NCBI GenBank assembly: GCA_964404325.1
Contig: CAYOJQ010000003.1
Span: forward strand, 64,857-128,856
Reading direction: 5' to 3'
DNA from: an uncultured Oligoflexales bacterium
Lineage (GTDB): Bacteria; Bdellovibrionota_B; Oligoflexia; Oligoflexales; Oligoflexaceae
Length of the DNA: 64,000 nucleotides
Shown here: in pieces, positions 1 to 10,047 of the stretch
How the letters are laid out: the number at the start of each line of letters is the position of its first letter
Numbering within the stretch: position 1 is the first letter of the stretch
Made by a program: the position numbers and the translations under genes
The notes under the pieces: generated by a model
What the model was told of the DNA's origin: nothing
Seen by the model: the letters and a program-made list of their open reading frames with translations, nothing else
The model's database searches: none

Positions 1-806
1 TACCACTTCATGCGCTCTTTTTTCCATTCGGCCAGCCAATGCTCATGCGTGCCCGGCTCAACAAAATATTCCATCTCCATTTGTTCAAATTCGCAGGAGC
101 GGAAAATAAAGTGCTCCACGACGATCTCGTTGCGGAAGGACTTACCTTGTTGGGCAATGCCGAAAGGAACTTTCATCGACATGGTTTGTTGCACGTTCAA
201 AAACTGCACAAACATTGCCTGCGCGGTTTCGGGGCGCAGATAGATGGTCGTGCTTTGCTGCGCTTCTTGAATGCCCTTGCGGAATTCATCCGGGCTAAGA
301 TTTTTTTCGAATGCGTCCTTCAGGAAATCAAACACGGGATCCACGGGACCAATGTTTGTTTTGAACATACCGTTGAAGAGGCGCTCATCACTTAAATCAG
401 GAGAGCCGCAGTTGGGGCAGACATAGCCGCGCGCGACAACACCGCTAAGCTTTTCGCCGCCCTTTTTTCCACCCTTCAGGTACTGCACGGTCTCGCCGTT
501 CTTGGCGCGAGGGGCCTTGTCGGCGCGGAAGCGTTCGCGGCAATTAAGACAATCCACCAAGGGGTCGTTAAAGCCAGAAACGTGTCCGGAAGTCTCCCAG
601 ACCTTCGGATGCATCATGATGGAAGCATCAATGCCCACCACATCTTCCCGTTCGGAGACCATGCTGCGCCACCATTCACCCGCGATGTTCCGCTTCAACT
701 CGACGCCCAAGGGGCCGTAGTCGTAGCAAGAGCGGAGGCCGCCATAGATTTCGCTGCTTTGGAAAACAAAACCCCTGCGCTTACACAGGGACACGATTTT
801 TGTCAT
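1..806 (-). CDS. glyQS: Glycyl-tRNA synthetase, dimeric class II type (N-terminal part; C-terminus lies outside the window)
   Basis: My own translation of the minus strand from the ATG at 806-804 gives [50 protein letters not shown]...[14 protein letters not shown]...FRNEI. This is the typical GlyQS N-terminus and motif region. The frame stays open to base 1, and the ORF is absent from the track because it is truncated. Confidence 0.9.
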   Translation of the reverse strand, partial: MTKIVSLCKRRGFVFQSSEIYGGLRSCYDYGPLGVELKRNIAGEWWRSMVSEREDVVGIDASIMMHPKVWETSGHVSGFNDPLVDCLNCRERFRADKAPRAKNGETVQYLKGGKKGGEKLSGVVARGYVCPNCGSPDLSDERLFNGMFKTNIGPVDPVFDFLKDAFEKNLSPDEFRKGIQEAQQSTTIYLRPETAQAMFVQFLNVQQTMSMKVPFGIAQQGKSFRNEIVVEHFIFRSCEFEQMEMEYFVEPGTHEHWLAEWKKERMKW

Positions 807-929
807 TAAATCCAGTTCGCTCAACGGACCGCCTCGTGGCTAAAAAGTGTGGGCTGATGGCAAAGAAAGATAGTCGTTTCGGGGGTTTTTCTCAAGGGGG
901 GAATATGAGAAGGGGCAAGCGCCCCTGTT

Positions 930-1367
930 CTAGATGTAGGTGCGGAAGGCTGCCGCGTCGAGAAGGGGGTGCTCCAACTTGCGGATGGCGTCGCCTCCCT
1001 GATCGACAGATACCTTCACCACGCGAACGCCGTCACCGGCGGCGCGCAGGGCGTCCTTCACGCGACGAATCTGGTCGCTGGCGGCAAGGCTGTCCTGCGA
1101 GCCGGTAGCCTGGGCCAGCATCTCTGTAAGTGCCTGATAATCGTCCGTGGAGGGGGCTTGCGAAGAGGAGACCTCGCGGTGCATCGCGACAAGTCTGAGG
1201 CGCGCCACCAATCTTTCGGGGTTCTCGGGCGTTATTTTTGGTTTTTGCTGGCTGTTTGGTTTTGGCGCATCGAGTCCATTGACCCGTTTTGATGGCAATT
1301 TTTTGATATGCAGAACCAAGGCAAGACCTCCTGTCTTGAATAACAACTCACATCCTATGAGTTCCAT
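930..1367 (-). CDS. Hypothetical protein just upstream of glyQS, same strand
   Basis: A 145-aa ORF with no motif I recognise securely. The C-terminal segment DQIRRVKDALRAAGDG...AIRKL is faintly FlgM-like, but that is not enough to call. The start codon is uncertain. Confidence 0.35.
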   Translation of the reverse strand: MELIGCELLFKTGGLALVLHIKKLPSKRVNGLDAPKPNSQQKPKITPENPERLVARLRLVAMHREVSSSQAPSTDDYQALTEMLAQATGSQDSLAASDQIRRVKDALRAAGDGVRVVKVSVDQGGDAIRKLEHPLLDAAAFRTYI

Positions 1368-1605
1368 CCTTTTATCGGGAGGCGGTGGAAGTTCCTAAAG
1401 TCAGGTCTCCCTGAATTTCTATGTCCAAATCTTCAGCAAGAATTCGGGAATGTTTAATTCATCGACTTTTTGAAAGCGCCAAGTACCAAAGAAAACGCAA
1501 TATAAACAACAGATTGTGCGTCATTATGCTGTGGTATGGTCCTTGCTCCTTTAGTTTTACGCGAATTCCGCCGAAAAGGTGGGGTCAGATCAAGGGGTAC
1601 ATTTT

Positions 1606-3183
1606 ATGCGTCGTATTTTGCCCTTCATGGCTATTCTCAGTCTTGCTGCCTTCGGCTGCGCGAAGAGTGATTTTTCGAGCGGCACCAAGAAGAACTCCGG
1701 CAGTCGAGACGCCGGCGGCGCGCGAGCGACACCGAATGGTCCCATAGACCTCTCCAAGGAATACCCGGACTTCGCGGACGGCTCCAAAACGGGCGGCGCG
1801 AACCCGTCTGGCGCGATGGACGATGGTCCATGGAAAGATCCAAACAATCCTTGGGGTGAACCGTTTGATCCGAACAACCCCTGGTCCGATAGCTTCAATC
1901 CCAACGGCGGATCTGGTGGCAGTCAGATTCCTGGTCTTCCGACCCCAGGAAATCCAACAGGCAATCCGACGGGTAATCCCACAGGTAATCCCACAGGTAA
2001 TCCCACAGGTAATCCCACCAGTGGGAACGGCAACCCGAGCGGCGGCCCCACAAACCCTGGTCCGTGGGGATCGCCTCAAGACCAGCAGAATCCACCGCAA
2101 TCCGGGACAAGCCCTAATCCCGTGGAAGCGGATTTCAATGGCAACTGCGATAACGCATCGAACCCAGTGAACCCGGTTTTTGATATTGAGAAACCAGCGA
2201 ATCAAAAAGTTACCGCGAAGCTTAGCGGCGAATTCTGTCCCGCTTCCGCTTCCTCGGAGTTGCGCGTGTTGTTCGTTGTGGACTTCTCCGCTTCGATGGC
2301 GCGGCATGATAAGCCTCAAGAAAATAAAATGGATCTTAAAGGTAACGATCCTGTCGTGAACGGTACCTGCGGCCGTTTCGAAGCGGTAAAAACCATTCTC
2401 ACGATGATTCGCGGCAAAGTGAAAAGCCCTGAAAAAGTGGAAGTGGGTTTCATCCCGTTCTCCAGTGGCGTTGTGACGCCGTATCAAGTGCGCCCCATTC
2501 TCTTGGATACGTACATGGCGCAAAGCATGTCGGTTGAGAAAATCTGCCGCTTCGTTTTGCAGCAAAATAACAAATACGATACCGAGCCCGGCGCGACGCC
2601 AAACGTTCCAGGTTCATACGATGCATCAACGCGTTATGATCCGGCGCTCACGCTGGCTCGTCAGTGGCTGCTTGAGAAGAAGCTCAATACAATTCTTTAT
2701 TTCATCACCGACGGCGAGCCCTCCGACGCGGGTTCTGGTAAGTCCGCCGCCCAAGCCCTCGCACAGGTACCAAACCTCACGGCGAACAGCTTGCTTTTGA
2801 GCCACGAAGCCGCGAACGCACGCGCTGTGTTGGAAGAGCTTACGCCCGGTCATGATCCGGATCGCGTGAAGGAAGTAAAAGACGCGAGCATGCTGAAAGT
2901 TGTGATCGAACAGTTCGAAGACCCCGAACTTGATGTCAATAACGCCGGCGCGATCTTAAAAGTCGCTCCTTATCCGTCCACTGAAATTGGTGTGGTGCCC
3001 CTCATCAACGGCCAGAAGCTCGAAAAAGCAGCGGGCAATCGCTATAAGTATGTGGTTCAACCGTTTACGCTGTTGGGTCGCCCCAACGAGGTCGTGAACA
3101 ACTTCGTTGAAGTATGGGCGATGGGTAAGGACGGCAAGCGCTACATGGTCATGGTGCAGATTCGTTATAAGATGACCCAATAA
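1606..3183 (+). CDS. Lipoprotein with a disordered P/G/N-rich tether and a von Willebrand factor A (vWA) domain
   Basis: An AAGGGG RBS sits about 9 nt before the ATG at 1606. The signal peptide plus lipobox is MRRILPFMAILSLAAFGC. It has a long low-complexity region with (GNPT)x6 and a MIDAS-like motif, LFVVDFSASM (DxSxS), followed by alternating alpha/beta-like sequence. Confidence 0.8.
   Translation: MRRILPFMAILSLAAFGCAKSDFSSGTKKNSGSRDAGGARATPNGPIDLSKEYPDFADGSKTGGANPSGAMDDGPWKDPNNPWGEPFDPNNPWSDSFNPNGGSGGSQIPGLPTPGNPTGNPTGNPTGNPTGNPTGNPTSGNGNPSGGPTNPGPWGSPQDQQNPPQSGTSPNPVEADFNGNCDNASNPVNPVFDIEKPANQKVTAKLSGEFCPASASSELRVLFVVDFSASMARHDKPQENKMDLKGNDPVVNGTCGRFEAVKTILTMIRGKVKSPEKVEVGFIPFSSGVVTPYQVRPILLDTYMAQSMSVEKICRFVLQQNNKYDTEPGATPNVPGSYDASTRYDPALTLARQWLLEKKLNTILYFITDGEPSDAGSGKSAAQALAQVPNLTANSLLLSHEAANARAVLEELTPGHDPDRVKEVKDASMLKVVIEQFEDPELDVNNAGAILKVAPYPSTEIGVVPLINGQKLEKAAGNRYKYVVQPFTLLGRPNEVVNNFVEVWAMGKDGKRYMVMVQIRYKMTQ
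1948..2019 (+). repeat. Six tandem 12-bp units (GGN AAT CCN ACN) encoding (GNPT)6 inside the vWA lipoprotein gene
   Basis: Read directly: ggaaatccaaca ggcaatccgacg ggtaatcccaca x3 ggtaatcccacc. Confidence 0.95.
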
Positions 3184-3245
3184 ATCAAGTTATTCTGCCG
3201 TTACCGGGTAGCCGGAACGGTCACAAATCCATGGTGGACAGCCGG

Positions 3246-3272
3246 TCGCCTTCCCTTGGGAAGGCGATTTTT
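3246..3272 (+). terminator. Rho-independent terminator after the vWA lipoprotein gene
   Basis: Stem tcgccttcc / ggaaggcga with a 4-nt loop, followed by TTTTT. Confidence 0.75.
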
Positions 3273-3343
3273 GTCTTGAAGGTTGGGCAGATACTTGTTG
3301 TAATGCGGTCCGCTAATATTTTTAACGACCGAGCGAAGGATGA

Positions 3344-4693
<1,350 letters not shown>

Positions 4694-4709
4694 GCGTTAG
4701 AAATGAAGA

Positions 4710-4736
4710 GGCGACCGAAAGGTCGCCTTTTTTATT
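4710..4736. terminator. Bidirectional rho-independent terminator between the convergent ahcY and the coiled-coil gene
   Basis: ggcgacc gaaa ggtcgcc followed by TTTTTTATTTT. The gene on the opposite strand ends at 4737. Confidence 0.85.
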
Positions 4737-5078
4737 TTACGGTTTTTGGGGATGATCAGTAACATGGGACTTAACCGCGACGTTTAGAACGTCAATCTGT
4801 TCCTCACACGTCTCTATCCGACGTTCCAAAGGATCAATTTGATCCACTTTCTCCGTCTTTGGTAAGAGCAGTTCGTACATCAATTGGACGGTTCTATTCG
4901 TATCTTCCGCTAGAATCCGGTTCAGATGGATCTGGTCTAAAAGTTCGTCTCGTACCGCGGCGAGTTCGGCTTTTGTCGCGAGTTTACTCACGGCCTCAGC
5001 GAGTTCATCTTTTGTCGCGAGTTTACTAACCGCGGCCTCGATGGATTGCTCAACGTCTTGTTTCGTGACTGCTGACAT
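4737..5078 (-). CDS. Hypothetical coiled-coil protein with an internal duplicated AVSKLATK(D/A)ELA segment
   Basis: A 113-aa ORF with heptad-like charged/hydrophobic periodicity. There is a direct 36-bp duplication at the DNA level (ttttgtcgcgagtttact...). No enzymatic motif. Confidence 0.5.
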   Translation of the reverse strand: MSAVTKQDVEQSIEAAVSKLATKDELAEAVSKLATKAELAAVRDELLDQIHLNRILAEDTNRTVQLMYELLLPKTEKVDQIDPLERRIETCEEQIDVLNVAVKSHVTDHPQKP

Positions 5079-5175
5079 AGACCCTCCGGTTCGTGGAGGG
5101 ATTTTCTATCACAGCAAAATAGGGTGGAGGAACTGACATGTTCAGGGACTGTTTCGCGAAAAAAGAATTGACCGG

Positions 5176-5763
5176 CTAAGTCCCTGAAGTCCAAGCCCAA
5201 CCAATCTGTGCCATGTGGCTGGCGAAGCCGGCAAAACTCTTTTTCTTCGCGACCTGTTGATTCACTTCGTCGTAACGGCCACGAATGCCGAAGATGAGCC
5301 CTTCCTTTTTAAAGCGGCCTATTTCGTAGGTCCAACCGACGGAGCCATAATTTTGTAGGTTATCGCCCGAATCAGACATCGTGATTTGAGCTAGGCCCAC
5401 GCCCGCGCAGATTTGTACGGGAAAGTTAGCGAGAAAACAGATTTGCGGGATAAAGCTAAAAAGACTGGCGTTCACTGTTTCATCGGGAGTGAAAGGGAAG
5501 GACGTATGCTTGTTTTCTCCACGGATGCTCCAGAAATCAAATAAAAAGGAGCCTTTTACTCATCCAAGCATGTCCGCCGCTGGCAAATTGTTAAAAATGT
5601 CGATGGTCGCGCCCGAGAGAGTCGCGTTGTCCATTAAAGAGCCACTCGCCAATACCGTGCCTGTGCCAATACGAACGCTCGTCAGAGCTTCGACGCTCTT
5701 TTGCGCCATAAGAGGAGAAGCGGGGAGGAGACAAAGCAAGCTGAAAATAATGCGCTCAACCAT
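5176..5763 (-). pseudogene. Small outer-membrane beta-barrel-type protein gene interrupted by one in-frame TGA (5560-5562)
   Basis: Track ORFs 5560..5763 and 5176..5475 are in the same frame. The 28 codons between them (VKGSFLFDFWSIRGENKHTSFPFTPDET) contain no stop. The N-terminus has a signal peptide (MVERIIFSLLCLLPASPLMA), and the remainder has alternating beta-strand-like sequence rich in G/Y/W. Confidence 0.55.
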
Positions 5764-5795
5764 GAAAACCTCTTTAAAAATGAACTGCGACTACG

Positions 5796-6938
5796 TTACC
5801 CTCTCAAAATACTTTCGTACACGGCAAGGTTCCCCTTCACCATTTTCTCAAGGCTAAATTCACGCCGCACATGCTCGATGGCGGCCGCGTGGTATTGCTC
5901 TCGCAAGTCGGGGCGCAGCGAGGCTTCCCGTAAATTTTCCGCCAAAATATCCCAATCACCAACGGGTGAGAGCCAACCGCTTTCCTTGTGACGAACGATT
6001 TCAGGAATGCCACCCACCTCGGTGGCGACAATGCTGCAGCCTGCATGCACGGCGTCAAGAATCGTCGTACCTAGACCCTCGTAGTTAGACGGCATGGCTA
6101 AAATATCCGCCGCGGCGAGAAGCTGCGGCACATCTTTGCGAATGCCAAGAAATTTTACGTTGAGGGTTAAACCCAGTTGGCGTTGCAATTGTTCGAGGGA
6201 ATCGCGCAGCGGGCCATCACCGGCGATAAAGCACACAAACTTAACGCCGCTTTCTTTCAGACGACGAAGTCCGCGTAAAAGAACATCATGACCTTTTTGA
6301 TCCGTGAGGTAGGCAACACTGGCGATCCACACCGCGTCCTTTGGCCAATTCAGTTCATTGGCAAGAGCTTCGCGTGCCGCGGCGCGTGAAATACCCGTAT
6401 CCGCTTCGGCGACAGCACTGCGCACAACGGTGATGTTGCGTTTCTCAATACCGTACTGTACCAGCACATCGCGAATCGCGCCGGAAATCGCGACGTATTG
6501 ATCAACAGCACGCGCGAAATATTTCCGACGACTCCACCAACCTGAGTTTGGTGCGTAGTCCACACGACGATGCACCACTACTTTTACCTGCGGCACGTGT
6601 CGTTTAATCATCAGCGCGAGATTGTGGGCGCGTGATGTCTGCGCATCTAGCACTTCGATTCCCTCGCGGCGCACAAAATCAGCGAGCACGCGAGCGCTGC
6701 GCCAAAGCTGTAAGCCATTCATGGGAAGTACGATGGTTTCTTTGACGAGGGGAGGTTGGATGCGTTCCGCCGCAATACTGCCGATGGGTGTGGCGAGATA
6801 AAATTCCGCGCGAGCATAGCGCGGTGCCTCACGCAGCAGCAGGAGCATTTGGTTTTCCCCACCGCGCCACGTTTTCTCTGTGTCTAAATGCAAGATCTTC
6901 AAAGGGCTAGAGCTTTCAAAGTCCACGTAAGAAGGCAA
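5796..6938 (-). CDS. Glycosyltransferase family 4 (GT-B fold)
   Basis: The N-terminal GGxxxxxxxL-type segment (WRGGENQMLLL) and the C-terminal PSNYEGLGTTILDAVHAGCSIVATEVGGIPEIV (E-x7-E region) are typical of GT4. Confidence 0.85.
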   Translation of the reverse strand: MPSYVDFESSSPLKILHLDTEKTWRGGENQMLLLLREAPRYARAEFYLATPIGSIAAERIQPPLVKETIVLPMNGLQLWRSARVLADFVRREGIEVLDAQTSRAHNLALMIKRHVPQVKVVVHRRVDYAPNSGWWSRRKYFARAVDQYVAISGAIRDVLVQYGIEKRNITVVRSAVAEADTGISRAAAREALANELNWPKDAVWIASVAYLTDQKGHDVLLRGLRRLKESGVKFVCFIAGDGPLRDSLEQLQRQLGLTLNVKFLGIRKDVPQLLAAADILAMPSNYEGLGTTILDAVHAGCSIVATEVGGIPEIVRHKESGWLSPVGDWDILAENLREASLRPDLREQYHAAAIEHVRREFSLEKMVKGNLAVYESILRG

Positions 6939-7237
6939 GATACCGGCCTCTTACTTTAGTTTTTCTCAATAGCGACTTTTAAAACCGGCCGTGAAGTCGG
7001 CTGCTTAAAAGCCGCGCGTTCGGAAGAAGCGTCCTTCATGAACCGATCCTTAGAAAATATTCATCGAGATGAAGTACCATGGGGAAGTGCTCTGAATCCA
7101 TGTCGAAGTATCTTCTACCTCCTTTCGTTGGCTAACCTTGCGCCGGTTAGCCACTTTTTTTTGTCGCCTGCTGGTTTTTATTCCTGCTAAAATGCTTTTG
7201 CAAGGTCCCAAAAATTTTAGGAATGGAGAAGCATATC

Positions 7238-7864
7238 ATGCGCTTTGCAAATAAAGGCGTGCTTGCGGCACTCGTTTTCTTACTCAATGCAACACCAGCA
7301 TGGGCGATTTTCGACGCGCAGGTGTTTTACGGCCAAAGAACCAACACCTCAAAAGCAAAGGGCGCCGACGGTTCCGACATCAAAGGCAATGAGTTAAAAG
7401 CAGCCGCTCATTTGTCTCCAATTCCTCTTGTTCCCATTGGCTTCGGCGCCAGTGTTTCCACCGTCACTTATGAAAAGGACGAGCCCGCGGTAAAAGATTT
7501 CCAGGGTCTTGAAGGCTCTCTCGAAATCACCGCATGGTTGCCATTTGTTCCGGTCGTCACGCCGTATGCAAAGCTCGGTTACATCCTATTTGGCGCCTAT
7601 GGACTCGATAGCAATGTTCCTGATCCCATTACGGGCACAGCGACGGAGACAAAAACAACTTTCAAGCCAAAGGGAACAACGATTGCTTTGGGCTTGAAAT
7701 GGTCTCCTCTTCCTTTGGTGGGAGTGTTACTGGAATATGATATGCGTCAGACCACGCTGGAAGCCGATGAAGTGAAAGTAAACGGCACCAAGGTCGCTGC
7801 TGGCGGCTCGGATTTGGACGTGAAATCCAATACGGTTCTTTTGGGTGTCGAAATCGGCATCTAA
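7238..7864 (+). CDS. Putative outer-membrane beta-barrel protein
   Basis: Signal peptide MRFANKGVLAALVFLLNATPAWA, an alternating-residue beta-strand pattern, and a C-terminal LLGVEIGI. The start could instead be the ATG at 7223. Confidence 0.55.
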   Translation: MRFANKGVLAALVFLLNATPAWAIFDAQVFYGQRTNTSKAKGADGSDIKGNELKAAAHLSPIPLVPIGFGASVSTVTYEKDEPAVKDFQGLEGSLEITAWLPFVPVVTPYAKLGYILFGAYGLDSNVPDPITGTATETKTTFKPKGTTIALGLKWSPLPLVGVLLEYDMRQTTLEADEVKVNGTKVAAGGSDLDVKSNTVLLGVEIGI

Positions 7865-7892
7865 AAATCTTACCGACCGTAAGACTCTGACT

Positions 7893-7919
7893 GGGCGGAA
7901 ATAAAATCCGCCCTTTTTT
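7893..7919 (+). terminator. Rho-independent terminator
   Basis: gggcgga aataaaa tccgccc followed by TTTTTT. Confidence 0.8.
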
Positions 7920-8028
7920 ATTTGTGCCAAATCCTCAATCTTGCCCGTTATTTCTCTCACAATCGTTTCTTACTAAAGTTTTCTCCCCCTCGGCCGAAGA
8001 GACTGAAGGACTAGTGAAGGAGGGAGAC

Positions 8029-8301
8029 ATGTCAGAAGTTTTCGTGAAGAAGTCGAAAAATCTTCGGCAAGAGCGCAACACCGAGCTACTTCGTCGCATG
8101 GTGAATGGCGAAAAGCTATCAAGCTTCAACAGCGTCGATAGTTGGTATCCACCACGTCCTATCGTGGAAAAGGATGAACAAGCCATCAACCAGCTCTATG
8201 GTGGCGACGTTGATGAACGTCTCCAGAATGCTGGTAAAGACAAAAAAAGCGGTAAGAGAAAAGCGAGTGACAAGGGGTTCCGTCCTCTGCGCTTAGCATA
8301 G
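8029..8301 (+). CDS. Small basic hypothetical protein (90 aa)
   Basis: A strong RBS, GAAGGAGGGAGAC, precedes the ATG at 8029. The upstream part of track ORF 7924..8301 lacks an RBS. A GC-rich hairpin (8309-8333) follows the gene. No family recognised. Confidence 0.45.
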   Translation: MSEVFVKKSKNLRQERNTELLRRMVNGEKLSSFNSVDSWYPPRPIVEKDEQAINQLYGGDVDERLQNAGKDKKSGKRKASDKGFRPLRLA

Positions 8302-8408
8302 AGTTATTGGGGACGGAGCCCGGCTCCGTCCCCATCGCCTACTGCCAGTAAAGATTTCTGCCTGCCTGCCGATCTCTCGCTTAAGCCATATCATAGAGGA
8401 ATTGCATT

Positions 8409-9131
8409 ATGAGCGAAGTCAGCGTCAAATTGCTTGAACCCACCTTTGACGACTACGGTTTAGGGCGGATGTATCGCGCCACGGACCAGCGCGTTTTTGA
8501 ATATCAACCGTTTGAAGTGTCGAAGCTTTCTTTGGGCGTCATCGCTCCGCAAGGATTGAGTGAAGGCAGCCGCATGGTGCTTGATACACAAATGGGTCGC
8601 ATTGAACTCGAAGTTGAGGGAGCGGCCTCAGCCGCCGCGGACTCCACCGGTCTCGCGCGTTATCGCTTAACGACGCATGATCCGCGTGTTGACATGGAAC
8701 GCGTGTTCACCCAGAGCGGATGCCACCGTAAGCTGGCGATGTCAGATCGCAAGATTCAATGCGCTCGCTTCGAGGTAACACCCCACTTGATCGTTCGTGC
8801 GCGTACTTTTGGCGCGCGTGACCATTACAGCCTCAGCGGTGTTAATATTTCCAAGTCGGGATTGTTGATGCACGCCGATGCTCGTGATCGGGTTCCTTTC
8901 ATCATAAACACATTGCTCGAAGTGCAATTGGAAGGTGGCAATTGGCTGCGCGAACCAGTCGCTTGTTTGGCGAAGGTCGTGCGCAACGAAGTGACCACCG
9001 AAGACGGACAACGCGTTCACGAATTTGGCATCAAATTCATCGAGTTTTCTGATCATGGCATGGAAGTGTGGAAAGATGCGATCACCAACATCGAGTTCAA
9101 CCGTCACAACGATGATCTAGCCTCTCACTGA
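8409..9131 (+). CDS. PilZ-domain-like protein (possible c-di-GMP receptor)
   Basis: The C-terminal half has an RxxxR-like stretch (MSDRKIQCARFEV) followed by a (D/N)xSxxG motif (VNISKSGLLM). This is the arrangement seen in PilZ domains. Assigned by eye only. Confidence 0.5.
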   Translation: MSEVSVKLLEPTFDDYGLGRMYRATDQRVFEYQPFEVSKLSLGVIAPQGLSEGSRMVLDTQMGRIELEVEGAASAAADSTGLARYRLTTHDPRVDMERVFTQSGCHRKLAMSDRKIQCARFEVTPHLIVRARTFGARDHYSLSGVNISKSGLLMHADARDRVPFIINTLLEVQLEGGNWLREPVACLAKVVRNEVTTEDGQRVHEFGIKFIEFSDHGMEVWKDAITNIEFNRHNDDLASH

Positions 9132-9147
9132 ATTTTGACGGCGGACG

Positions 9148-9933
9148 ATGATGTTTCGCGATACAAAAAAGCTGCAAAAGGAAATCCGTGAACACGCACT
9201 GTACGGTGCGATCACGGATATTTCCGCTTTGCGTTGTTTTATGGAACAACACGTCATCTGTGTGTGGGATTTCATGTGCCTTCTTAAAAGCCTGCAGCAG
9301 GCTTTCACCTGCACCCACACCGCCTGGGTTCCCCCTGTCGACACCGAGGCCGCGCGGTTGATTAACGAGATCGTTCTCACGGAAGAAAGTGATCGCATGG
9401 CGGACGGAACGGCTTCCAGTCACTTTGAAATGTATCTGCGCGCCATGGAAGAAATCGGATGCGATACCTCCGTGGTGAATGAGTTTATCGATCGGATTCG
9501 CTGTGGCCAAAGCCTCGTCCGGGCTGTGTCGGAATCCCGATTCAACGATGGCGCGAAACGTTTCGTGCGTCACACCATTGAAGTTTTGCAGCAACCCCTC
9601 CATGTGCAGGCGGCAGTGTTCTTTCACAGCCGCGAAAACCTGATTCCTGGCATGTTCCAGGAGTTCATCCGCGAGATTCATCGCAACGAGATGCCCGTAC
9701 CGACTCTGATGCACTATTTTGTCCGGCATGTGGAGATCGATCCCAAGGCTCAGATCCTTTTGGGGCGGGTCTATCAAGGCAATTCACAGCGGATCCTGGA
9801 AGGGGAAGAGGCGGCCACTAAGGCTCTCAAAGAGCGCCTTTACCTTTGGGATGCGATCTATTCCGATCTTAAGATCGGCCAACTTACGACAATGGCTGAT
9901 AAAATTCTTCTTCGTCGCCCGCGTATTTCTTAA
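9148..9933 (+). CDS. DUF3050 family protein (heme-oxygenase-like fold)
   Basis: FMEQHVICVWDFMCLLKSLQ...WVPP...RLINEIVLTEESD...SHFEMYLRAMEEIGCDT matches my memory of the conserved DUF3050 core. Confidence 0.7.
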   Translation: MMFRDTKKLQKEIREHALYGAITDISALRCFMEQHVICVWDFMCLLKSLQQAFTCTHTAWVPPVDTEAARLINEIVLTEESDRMADGTASSHFEMYLRAMEEIGCDTSVVNEFIDRIRCGQSLVRAVSESRFNDGAKRFVRHTIEVLQQPLHVQAAVFFHSRENLIPGMFQEFIREIHRNEMPVPTLMHYFVRHVEIDPKAQILLGRVYQGNSQRILEGEEAATKALKERLYLWDAIYSDLKIGQLTTMADKILLRRPRIS

Positions 9934-10047
9934 TCTTCAATAGACCAATTGTTTTCTCCCCCAAGGCTTCCAAGGGTGGCCTTACCCGTCGATCTTTTGT
10001 ATAAAAGGCAGAATGTTTTCAAAATCAGTCGAGAAAGGAGCACCGGT

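Noticed and set aside
930-1367. Calling the 145-aa ORF an anti-sigma-28 factor FlgM.
   Set aside because: Only a loose resemblance of the C-terminal helix pattern exists. There is an insertion where FlgM is continuous, and no flagellar neighbours are present. It is kept as hypothetical.
1585-2565. A 326-aa minus-strand ORF and other long antisense ORFs. Examples are 9097..9777, 27713..28258, 33434..34087, 44061..44609, 44594..45175, 46775..47263, 54356..54997 and 56769..57362.
   Set aside because: Each lies entirely opposite a gene with clear family motifs. They have no RBS and no recognisable domain, and show R/P/G-rich composition typical of antisense frames.
5557-5600. Possible selenocysteine at the in-frame TGA of the barrel gene. 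A weak GCUCC...GGAGC hairpin lies a few nt downstream.
   Set aside because: The stem is only 5 bp, the loop is about 15 nt, and it lacks the usual bacterial SECIS apical features. An outer-membrane barrel is an implausible selenoprotein. No sel genes are seen. A nonsense mutation or a sequencing error is more parsimonious.
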